This document shows positions 56,212 to 64,000 of a DNA stretch of 64,000 nucleotides, piece by piece. The notes beneath the pieces are model-generated. The model saw only the letters and a program-made list of their open reading frames with translations, did not search any database and was not told the origin of the DNA. Position 1 is the first letter of the stretch; every line of letters begins with the position of its first letter. The stretch comes from Bacillota bacterium (lineage in GTDB: Bacteria; Bacillota; Desulfitobacteriia; Desulfitobacteriales; JAJXUE01), in contig JAJZPO010000004.1 of NCBI GenBank assembly GCA_021811155.1, forward strand, positions 1,963 to 65,962, read 5' to 3'. The translations under genes and the position numbers were made by a program.

Positions 56212-56796
56212 ATGCGCCACAGATCCCGTTTGCATTTTCTGCTTGCTTTCACCATCCTCTGCTGGTTTTCCGTCTCAGCCGCGGCCTTGGCCGGGGACGG
56301 TTCCGGAGGAGGGGCGAACACTCCTCTGGCCCTGCTTTCCACCGGCGCCTCAGCCAGGGAGATCAAGCTGACATTTAACAAGAACGTAGTCAATGACACG
56401 GTAAGAGAAAATAACAAGGCTTGTTTCACCTTGACAGATGCAGCCGGCAAAAGCTTTCCTTTCCAGGTTAGCATGCCTGAGGATCAGCCAGGGTCTGATT
56501 CAAGCAGAATTATCACGCTGAAACCTGACAGGGAATTTGCTCCCGGCACAACCTATACGCTTAACATATCACCGGAATTGCAGGCTAAAAGCGGCTCAGT
56601 GATCGGCAAAACCATTGCCATCAAGTTTTCAACTTCAAACACCTTGCCTCTTGCCGTGACAGCAGGCAGCCCGGCTTACTCAGGCGGCGCCCAGGCATCA
56701 GGCGCAAACAGTTCATACATCATCCCTGGCGCCGTGTTCGTGGCGGTTGCCGGCGTTGGCCTCGCTATTGCTGCCCGACGCAGGAAAAAGATATAA
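56212..56796 (+). CDS. Secreted Ig-like (SbsA/Big_5-type) domain protein with C-terminal TM anchor and basic tail
   Basis: Preferred ATG 56212 after GGAGGAA. Signal peptide MRHRSRLHFLLAFTILCWFSVSAAALA. C-terminus IIPGAVFVAVAGVGLAIAARRRKKI. Confidence 0.65.
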   Translation: MRHRSRLHFLLAFTILCWFSVSAAALAGDGSGGGANTPLALLSTGASAREIKLTFNKNVVNDTVRENNKACFTLTDAAGKSFPFQVSMPEDQPGSDSSRIITLKPDREFAPGTTYTLNISPELQAKSGSVIGKTIAIKFSTSNTLPLAVTAGSPAYSGGAQASGANSSYIIPGAVFVAVAGVGLAIAARRRKKI

Positions 56797-57561
56797 GTGT
56801 CTGGAGGGGTTACGCTGAAAATCCTGGTTTGCATAGATGACACCGACAACATGGAAAGCCCGGGAACCGGACACCTGGCATCCAGCCTGGCAGAAGCTGT
56901 GGAGCGCTTTGGCTGGGGGCAAAGTCTTCCCGTTACCCGGCACCAACTGTTCGTTCACCCAGACATTCCCTACACCTCGCATAACAGCGCCATGTGTTTT
57001 GGCGCTGAGATTGACGAAAAGCGCCTTGACAGCTTGATCGCTCACGCCTCTGATTATCTGACACTGGAAAGTGCACCGGGATCGGATCCCGGCCTCTGCG
57101 TGGCATGCTTTGATCGCATTACGGAGCCGGAAAAGCTTATCCGCTTTGGCCAAAGGGCAAAAAGTGAGATCTTGGCCAAGGAGGAGGCCTACGAGCTTGC
57201 CCACTTCCAGGGGATACACCTTTCAGAACACGGCGGAACAGGCCAGGGTGTAATCGGGGCCCTGGCGGGGGCCGGGCTGCGCCTAAGCGGCAATGACGGG
57301 CGCCTCAAAGGCAAACTGAAAATCAGGTGTGAAAACAACACAGCCACTGTGGGCGAGATTCTGGCGCAAACTGTGGTAGACACGGTAATGAGCCTGGGTG
57401 GGGCCGTGCTGCGAGAAGATGAGCCAATCTATGTCGCTGATTGGGTTAAGGCGGTTTTGAAGGATGGCAAGTATATACTCCCGGTTTATTTCAGCGACGG
57501 AAAATATTCGCAGGGGATAAACTGGAGCACCTGCACCAAGCAGCAATTGAGGGATTATTAA
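56797..57561 (+). CDS. Hypothetical cytoplasmic protein with an N-terminal IDDTD motif reminiscent of the TiaS kinase-like domain
   Basis: LKILVCIDDTDNMESPGTGHLA. The start abuts the upstream TAA. The family assignment is tentative. Confidence 0.4.
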   Translation: MSGGVTLKILVCIDDTDNMESPGTGHLASSLAEAVERFGWGQSLPVTRHQLFVHPDIPYTSHNSAMCFGAEIDEKRLDSLIAHASDYLTLESAPGSDPGLCVACFDRITEPEKLIRFGQRAKSEILAKEEAYELAHFQGIHLSEHGGTGQGVIGALAGAGLRLSGNDGRLKGKLKIRCENNTATVGEILAQTVVDTVMSLGGAVLREDEPIYVADWVKAVLKDGKYILPVYFSDGKYSQGINWSTCTKQQLRDY

Positions 57562-57761
57562 TGCTGATCAACGAACGCGGCGAGCGCGAATTTAGCGGGA
57601 CAAAAGATGACTGGGATGCTGCAGCAAGACTTGCTGCAAACTGCCGTGATTTTAAGGAAGATGTTGAGGAGGAGATGATAGCGGACGAATTCCGTTCTTG
57701 TTTCAACTGCAGGTTTAGAAGATGGACGGAAACTTCATTTGTCTGCCGCGCAGGCTTCTAA
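57561..57761 (+). CDS. Hypothetical 66-aa four-cysteine protein
   Basis: The ATG overlaps the upstream TAA (TAATG). Cys at C28, C47-x2-C50 and C62. Confidence 0.45.
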   Translation: MLINERGEREFSGTKDDWDAAARLAANCRDFKEDVEEEMIADEFRSCFNCRFRRWTETSFVCRAGF

Positions 57762-57806
57762 GGATGCAGCTGTGTAGGTAAAAACTCTTTTAGGAGGAAA
57801 GAAGCA

Positions 57807-58394
57807 ATGGAGTATGCTGTTGATGAATCCCGTCGGATAAGAGGTTTAAAAAACATCCTGGCCGGCGAAAGACTTTCCTGGCAGCTTGCCGCGCTATTGC
57901 TCTGCGCCGGTTTCATGGTGGTACTGCTGCATGCGGAGTTCCGTTTGCCCCTTAGACTCCCAGGCCGGCACGGGTTGGAGTGGATGGCAATGCTGATCAT
58001 GCTGCGTTCCGCTTCCCGCTACCGCTGGGCTGCATCGGTGTCGAGTTGGGGTGCGGCAGCCGTCTCCCTGCTTCCCCTCTGGGGCCTCGGCGACCCCCTG
58101 ATCCCGCTTACATACTTTATCCCCGGCGTGCTCATTGACGTCATCTTTAGTGCATCAGGCCGCTGGCAGGGGAAATTGTGGTTTCTTGCCTGCCTTGGCG
58201 CCATAGCCCACGCCACCAAACCCCTGGTGCAGTTTGTTATCAGCTCAACCAGTCACCTTGTATTTAATTCCCTGCTGTACGGCCTTGCCTATCCGGTGGC
58301 GATGCACCTGATGTTCGGCTTCGTCGGAGCGTTAATCGGCGCCGGCCTGGTTCTGCGCAGGAGAAAAGCAGGCTCTGAAGCCGGCAACACTTAG
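57807..58394 (+). CDS. Hypothetical polytopic membrane protein (195 aa)
   Basis: Several hydrophobic segments. RBS AGGAGGAAAGAAGC before the ATG. Confidence 0.6.
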   Translation: MEYAVDESRRIRGLKNILAGERLSWQLAALLLCAGFMVVLLHAEFRLPLRLPGRHGLEWMAMLIMLRSASRYRWAASVSSWGAAAVSLLPLWGLGDPLIPLTYFIPGVLIDVIFSASGRWQGKLWFLACLGAIAHATKPLVQFVISSTSHLVFNSLLYGLAYPVAMHLMFGFVGALIGAGLVLRRRKAGSEAGNT

Positions 58395-58440
58395 TTCACC
58401 TAACCAGACAAGCAAAAAGCCTGACTCTAATCTTTAGCTG

Positions 58441-58629
58441 TCACTTAACAGTATATGGTAGTTGGTGCTTAATACAGAATTTAACAGCTTTTTCTTCTGA
58501 AATATAGGCATCTAGCCATAGGTCTGTTCCTACGCCCTTAATGGCCCAAAGCCATGCGCCATTTTCGTTGGTATGGTGAATTTCTACAGGATTCTTTTGG
58601 GTAAGAAAGTCTTCAATTTGCTGGTCCAT
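58441..58629 (-). CDS. Hypothetical 62-aa protein in an AT-richer segment
   Basis: ATG preceded by AAAGGAG. No family recognised. Confidence 0.45.
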   Translation of the reverse strand: MDQQIEDFLTQKNPVEIHHTNENGAWLWAIKGVGTDLWLDAYISEEKAVKFCIKHQLPYTVK

Positions 58630-58816
58630 TCTTAAACTCCTTTCTCAGCCAAGGAAGAGAAATCGTTTACTACTAACGCTACGAAATGGGACTTCCACGA
58701 CTAGCAGTTAATGTAACCCAGGTTGTTCTAAGCCATAGCATAACCGAATTATTGCAAGACAATCAACACACAGCCAATTTTCGCCATCGCCCTGCCCCAA
58801 TCAAACCATGGCAAAG

Positions 58817-58848
58817 CAAAACCCCGGCCATTTGGCTCGGGGTTTTGG
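58817..58848. terminator. Terminator after the hybrid kinase gene
   Basis: AAAACCCCG...CGGGGTTTTGG hairpin directly downstream of the stop at 58851. Confidence 0.7.
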
Positions 58849-58850
58849 TT

Positions 58851-61568
58851 CTACCATGTTAGGTTCTGCAGCAAGTCGTTCAAGACGGTCCCCAGTTCCT
58901 CCAGGCTGAAAGGCTTGGCAACAAAGCCTTTGAACCCGTAGTCATGGAATCTGGTGAGGACAGGGTCGTCGGAATACCCGCTGACAACTACCGCTTTTAC
59001 CCCAGGGTCAAGCTTGAGCAGCGCCCCGATGGCCTCCTTGCCGCCCATCCCGCCTGGGACGGTGAGGTCCATCAGGACGGCATCAAACCTCCGGCCGGCC
59101 TCCATAGCGTCCCGGTACATTTCCACAGCTTCACTGCCATCCCTGGCAAACTCCGCTTCATATCCCAGGTGGTTGAGCATTTGCACCATAACTTCAATTA
59201 CCTTGTATTCATCGTCCATAACCAGAACTCTGCCGCTTCCTGCCGGCGCCTGCCTGCTTTCCGGCTCGCGCACCTCGACTTTATCCTCGGAAGCAGGCAG
59301 GTATATTTCAAAACATGTTCCCGCCTCCTCTTCTGACTTCACGAGGACGTAACCATCGTGGTTTTTGATTATGGAGTAGACTGTAGCCAGTCCCAGACCA
59401 GTGCCATTCTCTTTGGTGGTAAAATAGGGGTCGAAAATCTTGGCCAGGTTCACAGCCGGTATCCCCACTCCCTCATCAATGAAGGAAATCTTCACAAACT
59501 TGCGGACCGGAGAACCATCTATGCCGCTTCCCGGCGGTACGACGGTGTTTTCGGCAAAAACCCTTACCGTTCCGCCCTCAGGCATGGCCTGCTTGGCGTT
59601 TATGATCAGATTATTGATTACCTGGTTGATTTGCCCTTCATCCACAGCTGCCGGCCAAAGTCCTGCCTGAATGAAACACTCGCAGCGCACATTGGAGCCG
59701 CTGAGTGCAAAGGTTGTGGCTTCCCGGATCAGGCTGCCCAGGGACATTGTTTTCTTGACCGGCATGCCCCCTTTGGCAAAAGTAAGCAGCTGTTGGGTCA
59801 GATTTCTTGCCTCCAGGGCAGCTTGTTCGATTTCAATCAATTTGGCAGACACCCGGTCTTCAGCGCTCACCGCAGAGCGGGCAAGATTGATATTGCCGAG
59901 GATAACGGTCAGGATATTGTTGAAATCGTGGGCAATCCCGCCGGCCAGAATCCCCAGGGATTCCAGCTTGGAATTTTTGAGGAATTCCTCTTCTAATTTC
60001 TTGCGTCCGGTGATGTCACGCGCCACCACCTGGACAGCCTGCTTGCCTTGGAAAGTAAACGGGGCGGCGAGAACTTCCGCGTCAAGAACTTCGCCATTAG
60101 GCTTGACAATCTTTTCTTCCGCCAGAGGGCCTGACTTGCCTTCCTCTACGATTCGCCTGATTCTTTCCCTGGCCAGCTCCCAGTAATCCGGGTGGAGAAA
60201 ATCCAGCAGCATCCTGCCCTCAACCTCTTGCGGGCTTACCCCCAACAACTTGGAGGTTGCCGGGTTGGCAAAAACAATTTTCCCCTCACAGTGCACCACA
60301 ATGGCGTCAGGAGTCAATTCCACCAGCCTGCGGTAGCGTTCTTCGCTTTCCCGCAGCGCCTTTGCCGCCTCCAGGCGCTGGCCGATGTTCCTGGCGATTA
60401 CCAAAACCACCTGCTTTCCGTTTAAAGCGAAGACGTGGGAACTGGCCTCCACCGGGATCCGTACGCCCTGTTTGGAAACATAGCTCACTTCACTGGTCAA
60501 GCAGCCCCGAGAGACAAGTTCCTGCATAAGCTGGGGTAATTGTTTCAGATTCTCACTTGCCAGGATTTGGGCTGGGGTCATGGTCAGGAGTTCATCCCTG
60601 CTGTATCCGAGCCAGCGGCGGGCTGCAGCATTAACCTCAATATACCTGCCCGGCGACCCTCCACCCGGCAATTCGAAGAGAAATATGGCGTCGTCGGCAT
60701 TTTGAAACAGCTTGCGGAACTTCTCTTCACTTTCCCGCAGGGCTCGCTCTGTCCGCCTGCGCTCTGTCAGGTCGTTCAAGATAATAATTATGCCGCTGAA
60801 CTTCGCTGGTTGGACAGGGATGCGCAGCAGCTTGACCTCAAAGTAACGGTTTTCCCGTACCCCTGGCAGTTCCTTTTCGCAAATATGCTGTAAAGAATTA
60901 CTGCCGGCAAACCAGGTCAATTCTCCCGCCAGCCAGTGAAAGATTCTTTCTTTCAGGCTCAGGCCCCTGTTTGTAGGATCTCTGTACCAGAGAAAAAGCT
61001 CCGCCGCTGCATGGTTGATGTTTTCAATTTGGTAGTTTTGATCCAGCAAAATCACAGGATTGGGGAGGTTGCGAAAGATTGTCAGGTACTCACCGGCCGC
61101 GAGCCGGTTATTGACCTCGATTTCCGCCAGCAGCCTGCTCTCCACCGCGTCTGACCAATGGGCATAAAAGCCCATTTCTATCCTGCTGAAGAAACCTTCC
61201 AGAAAGAGCCGGCAGTATTGTGCGCAATCAGGCTCAAAACCCGCCCCGGCTATAAGGTCAAAATAACTCTGGCGGTAGTGTTTCAGCATTCCCAGATAGG
61301 CGCCGATGTCTACGCCCCACTCCCTGTGACTTTTGGCTTGTTGTTTGCCAAACTCCACACCCGGGTCCGGCGCCGGTCCGGCATCTGGTTGAATGCCGGC
61401 AGCAAGCGTTTCTGACAACACCCGGGTCAGACGGGAGACCGCCAGCGGCAGTGCGCCTGTCAGGTCTTCCCAGTAGCGGTCTTCCCCGCCTTCCCTTGCA
61501 TAGTCCAATATTCGGTGCACAAGCCAACTATCCTTATTTTGGACAAGTTCACGCAGATGCTCCATCAT
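58851..61568 (-). CDS. Hybrid sensor histidine kinase (multiple PAS, HisKA, HATPase_c, C-terminal receiver)
   Basis: 905 aa. Repeated PAS-like blocks with ESEE(K/R)(F/Y)R linkers. H-box IAHDFNNILTVI. C-terminal VLVMDDE...DLTVPGGMGG receiver. Confidence 0.9.
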   Translation of the reverse strand: MMEHLRELVQNKDSWLVHRILDYAREGGEDRYWEDLTGALPLAVSRLTRVLSETLAAGIQPDAGPAPDPGVEFGKQQAKSHREWGVDIGAYLGMLKHYRQSYFDLIAGAGFEPDCAQYCRLFLEGFFSRIEMGFYAHWSDAVESRLLAEIEVNNRLAAGEYLTIFRNLPNPVILLDQNYQIENINHAAAELFLWYRDPTNRGLSLKERIFHWLAGELTWFAGSNSLQHICEKELPGVRENRYFEVKLLRIPVQPAKFSGIIIILNDLTERRRTERALRESEEKFRKLFQNADDAIFLFELPGGGSPGRYIEVNAAARRWLGYSRDELLTMTPAQILASENLKQLPQLMQELVSRGCLTSEVSYVSKQGVRIPVEASSHVFALNGKQVVLVIARNIGQRLEAAKALRESEERYRRLVELTPDAIVVHCEGKIVFANPATSKLLGVSPQEVEGRMLLDFLHPDYWELARERIRRIVEEGKSGPLAEEKIVKPNGEVLDAEVLAAPFTFQGKQAVQVVARDITGRKKLEEEFLKNSKLESLGILAGGIAHDFNNILTVILGNINLARSAVSAEDRVSAKLIEIEQAALEARNLTQQLLTFAKGGMPVKKTMSLGSLIREATTFALSGSNVRCECFIQAGLWPAAVDEGQINQVINNLIINAKQAMPEGGTVRVFAENTVVPPGSGIDGSPVRKFVKISFIDEGVGIPAVNLAKIFDPYFTTKENGTGLGLATVYSIIKNHDGYVLVKSEEEAGTCFEIYLPASEDKVEVREPESRQAPAGSGRVLVMDDEYKVIEVMVQMLNHLGYEAEFARDGSEAVEMYRDAMEAGRRFDAVLMDLTVPGGMGGKEAIGALLKLDPGVKAVVVSGYSDDPVLTRFHDYGFKGFVAKPFSLEELGTVLNDLLQNLTW

Positions 61569-61815
61569 GCTGCATACTCCTTACCCAAATTTAAACGTTA
61601 AATCGCTCAAACCGACAACTTACACTCTTCTACTCTTTCTACATGCTAAACAGATATCCTTCCTGCCCCGTCCCCTGCCAGACACAGCGGTTTGCTTTTT
61701 TACAACTTTTGCGGGAAGTCAGTTTTGCTTCAGGACAAAAAGGATTTATCCTCCACGCCGACGAATCATTAGAGCGCTGCTTTTATTTTCAGTCATAATT
61801 GAAAGGATTTAAGCC

Positions 61816-62250
61816 ATGGATGAGCGATTGGTTTTTTTGATCATCCTCTTTGCCTGGTTGCTCCTCAAATGCTTGTCCGCTGCCGTTTTTGAGCAAACCT
61901 GGACAGCTGTAAGAATCCGCAAGTTTTACGCCTACCTAACGGTGAATATATTGATTACCATCCTCATTTTCGGCTTTTACTCAGAATTCGCTTCCGCCCG
62001 CCAAGCCGCAATTGATGATTTGACAGGCTTTTCGGGCAGTGTGTTGTTTCGGCACGGCCTTGTATCCCTGACTGTCATCTATTTGCTGGCCATTTTGAGT
62101 CTGTTCCTTTCCTGGAAAACCTGGCCTTTTAACCCGTCTGACAAAACCGGTCTGAAGACCCTCCTCATGGTGTTCATCGTAGTTTTTATCGTTGAACTTG
62201 CCGCCCAATTCTTGTCCGGTTCCAGCATCAACCCGGTAATCCTCACCTGA
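61816..62250 (+). CDS. Hypothetical 4-TM membrane protein
   Basis: 144 aa with four hydrophobic segments, followed by a terminator. Confidence 0.55.
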   Translation: MDERLVFLIILFAWLLLKCLSAAVFEQTWTAVRIRKFYAYLTVNILITILIFGFYSEFASARQAAIDDLTGFSGSVLFRHGLVSLTVIYLLAILSLFLSWKTWPFNPSDKTGLKTLLMVFIVVFIVELAAQFLSGSSINPVILT

Positions 62251-62282
62251 GCGCTCTCGCAAGAAATGCGCGCATTAAAAAG

Positions 62283-62326
62283 AAAGCCCCATGTCCCCTT
62301 GTCGAAGGGCGCATGGGGCTTTTTTG
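62283..62326. terminator. Bidirectional terminator between convergent genes
   Basis: AAAGCCCCATG...CATGGGGCTTTTTTG. Confidence 0.8.
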
Positions 62327-62338
62327 CGTCTGCCCGGT

Positions 62339-63394
62339 TCACTTTAGGACTTGGGCCAAAGCCTGGAGGAGCCGGGTGTTGCTCTTGCGGTCCTTTACCG
62401 CAACCCGGAAATACCGCTCGCCGAGCCCCGGGAAATTGCCGCAATCCCGGACGAGGATCCCTTTTACCCCCAGCCTGTGCACCAAGTCCCGACCTCTGAT
62501 AGCCCCGCTGTTTTGTACCAGGAGGAAATTCGCCGCTGCCGGATAAGGCTTCAGGCCCGGCAGCCTGCCCAGTTCCCGGCTGAGAAACTCACGCTCCTCA
62601 TCGATAAGCCGCCGCGACCTCTCCTCGTATTCCGGCTCCCGCAGGGCTGCTTCCCCGGCTGCCAGGGCCAGACTGTTGACATTCCAGGGGTCTTTGCGGG
62701 AGACAAGCTCCCTTACCAGCCCGGTACTGCCAATGCCGCAGCCCAGCCGCAAACCCGGAATCGCAAAAAACTTGGTAAGAGAGTAAAGCACAAACAGCCT
62801 GTCGTACTCAGCCAGATAGCGGAAGGCCCGCCACTGCCTGGACGGGGGTAAGAAATCCATAAAGGACTCATCCACCACCACAAAGGCCCGCTCCTGCCTG
62901 GCCCGGTCCAGGATAGCCCTAAAATCGGCTTCCGGCAGGAAATATCCGGTGGGATTGTTGGGGTTGCAGAGTACCAGGAGGTCACAACCCGCCAGCTCCA
63001 GGGCGTCTGGGTCGAGTCTGAAATCCTGCTGCAAATAGCTGATTCTGATTTGGGCGCCCTGGCACTCCAGGGCAGCGCCGTACTCGGAAAAGGTGGGCGC
63101 CGGTATCAGGGCTTTGGCGGGCTTTAGGGCCTGGGCCAGAAGATAAATCAGTTCCACCGCCCCGTTCCCCAGAATCAGGTTCTCCGTTCCAATCCCCAGG
63201 CGTCTGCCGAGCAATTCCTTCAATCCCCGGCCCTCAGGCTCGGGATAGTGCACAATCTGCGCCAGATTGTCCCGGATAGCCTGGAATACCCCCTGGGGCG
63301 GCCCCAGGGGGTTGATATTTGCGCTAAAATCCAGGAACTCCAAGTCCCCGTACTGTTCCCTGGCTGACTGCAAGTTCCCGCCATGCAGCGGCAT
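62339..63394 (-). CDS. cobD: L-threonine-O-3-phosphate decarboxylase (cobalamin biosynthesis, class I/II aminotransferase fold)
   Basis: MPLHGGNL...LDFSANINPLGPP N-terminus is typical of CobD. YSLTKFF PLP-lysine motif. Confidence 0.8.
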   Translation of the reverse strand: MPLHGGNLQSAREQYGDLEFLDFSANINPLGPPQGVFQAIRDNLAQIVHYPEPEGRGLKELLGRRLGIGTENLILGNGAVELIYLLAQALKPAKALIPAPTFSEYGAALECQGAQIRISYLQQDFRLDPDALELAGCDLLVLCNPNNPTGYFLPEADFRAILDRARQERAFVVVDESFMDFLPPSRQWRAFRYLAEYDRLFVLYSLTKFFAIPGLRLGCGIGSTGLVRELVSRKDPWNVNSLALAAGEAALREPEYEERSRRLIDEEREFLSRELGRLPGLKPYPAAANFLLVQNSGAIRGRDLVHRLGVKGILVRDCGNFPGLGERYFRVAVKDRKSNTRLLQALAQVLK

Positions 63395-64000
63395 TAGTGT
63401 TCACCACCTTGACTCCGCCCTGAATTAACCGTACCTGCCAGCTCGCGCCCGTTGCGGGGAAATCCCTGCGCAGGCGCTCCTCTTCCTTTTCCAGGTCCCT
63501 CCCCGGCGGGTAAATAAGACCCAGTACCGTGCCGCTGTGAGCCGCGACTATTCCAGCTCCGCCCCGCCGCCTGCTCCATTCCTTAAGCTCAGACAACAGG
63601 GGCTTGAGCAGGACCGACTGGTTGGCTTCCGCGCTTAAGGTAGCGCCCTGACCCAACAGGACAAGGTTTTTCTCCTGAATTCCCCGCCGCACCAACAGAA
63701 AGGCCTGGCGGGTGAAGGGTTCGTTTTCCCTGTTTTTCTCCGCCAGCCCGGGCTGGGCGTTAAACTCCAGTGTGTCTACCTGTCCGCCTAAGTCCAGGGC
63801 CAGAATCCCGGCTTCCGGCCCCTTCCCCAGGGGGAGCTGCCAGAATCCCCGGACATGGTCTACCAGGGTTACTCCCGGCAGCAAAGTGCCGTCCGTTGGT
63901 TCAATTCCCACAGCCAGTGTTAGCAGGTCCCGCGGCTGCAGCGCCACCCCTAATGCCGCTGCAGTCGCGGATGCTGCCGCCCCGATGTCAGCGGTGGAAC
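63324..64000 (-). CDS. pduX: GHMP-family kinase, PduX-like L-threonine kinase (5' end beyond window)
   Basis: The frame is open to the window edge (…STADIGAAASATAAALGVALQP...EPTDG). Lies upstream of cobD. Confidence 0.65.
   Translation of the reverse strand, partial: STADIGAAASATAAALGVALQPRDLLTLAVGIEPTDGTLLPGVTLVDHVRGFWQLPLGKGPEAGILALDLGGQVDTLEFNAQPGLAEKNRENEPFTRQAFLLVRRGIQEKNLVLLGQGATLSAEANQSVLLKPLLSELKEWSRRRGGAGIVAAHSGTVLGLIYPPGRDLEKEEERLRRDFPATGASWQVRLIQGGVKVVNTNAAAWRELAVSQGTVRGLGVPGF

Overview
64 kb from a moderately GC-rich, spore-forming Firmicute. Gene content (sigG, the ylm/sepF/divIVA block, a T-box ileS, anaerobic aromatic and purine genes) suggests Clostridia, Peptococcaceae/Desulfotomaculum-like; that placement is inference. 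All family calls rest on motifs I recognise in the translations, since I could run no searches. Most genes are on the minus strand.

Layout by coordinate:
- 1-2090: secreted YfkN/CpdB-like nucleotidase interrupted by one in-frame TAG.
- 2423-10088: glycine-riboswitch-controlled gcvT-gcvH-gcvPA-gcvPB operon, extended by two radical-SAM genes and a lipoate ligase (LipS1/LipS2-type lipoylation).
- 10235-18698: purine block. A guanine-class riboswitch that looks wired as an ON switch leads into a four-gene Mo-hydroxylase with a naturally split large subunit, then an NCS2 purine permease, a frameshifted amidohydrolase and adenine deaminase.
- 18929-20239: FAH and VOC genes.
- 20416-31514: aryl phosphorylation/carboxylation cluster. 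It holds a V4R-GAF-PucR regulator, ubiX, UPF0261, an aryl-acid CoA ligase, PpsA/PpsB-like genes, a UbiD-like carboxylase and a PNPOx-like protein.
- 31883-39828: plus-strand cluster. It holds a rearranged FAD oxidoreductase, an SDR, a stand-alone PEP-utilizer swivel domain, an ATP-grasp protein, an HD protein and a 909-aa MOP-type aldehyde oxidoreductase.
- 39842-43516: HAD, a compositionally atypical buk-ptb pair, and an FmdE-like gene.
- 43815-55959: T-box ileS, then yggU-divIVA-ylmH-yggT-sepF-yggS, an inserted HlyD/two-component module, pgeF, ylmC and sigG.
- 56212-58394: four-gene operon of unknown function.
- 58851-64000: hybrid sensor kinase, cobD and partial pduX.

Intergenic regions carry several repeat families: heptad-repeat elements, a ~90-nt conserved element, hairpins with a conserved 12-nt loop and covarying stems, and tandem 80-nt hairpin units. 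I saw no transposases, CRISPR arrays, tRNA or rRNA genes.
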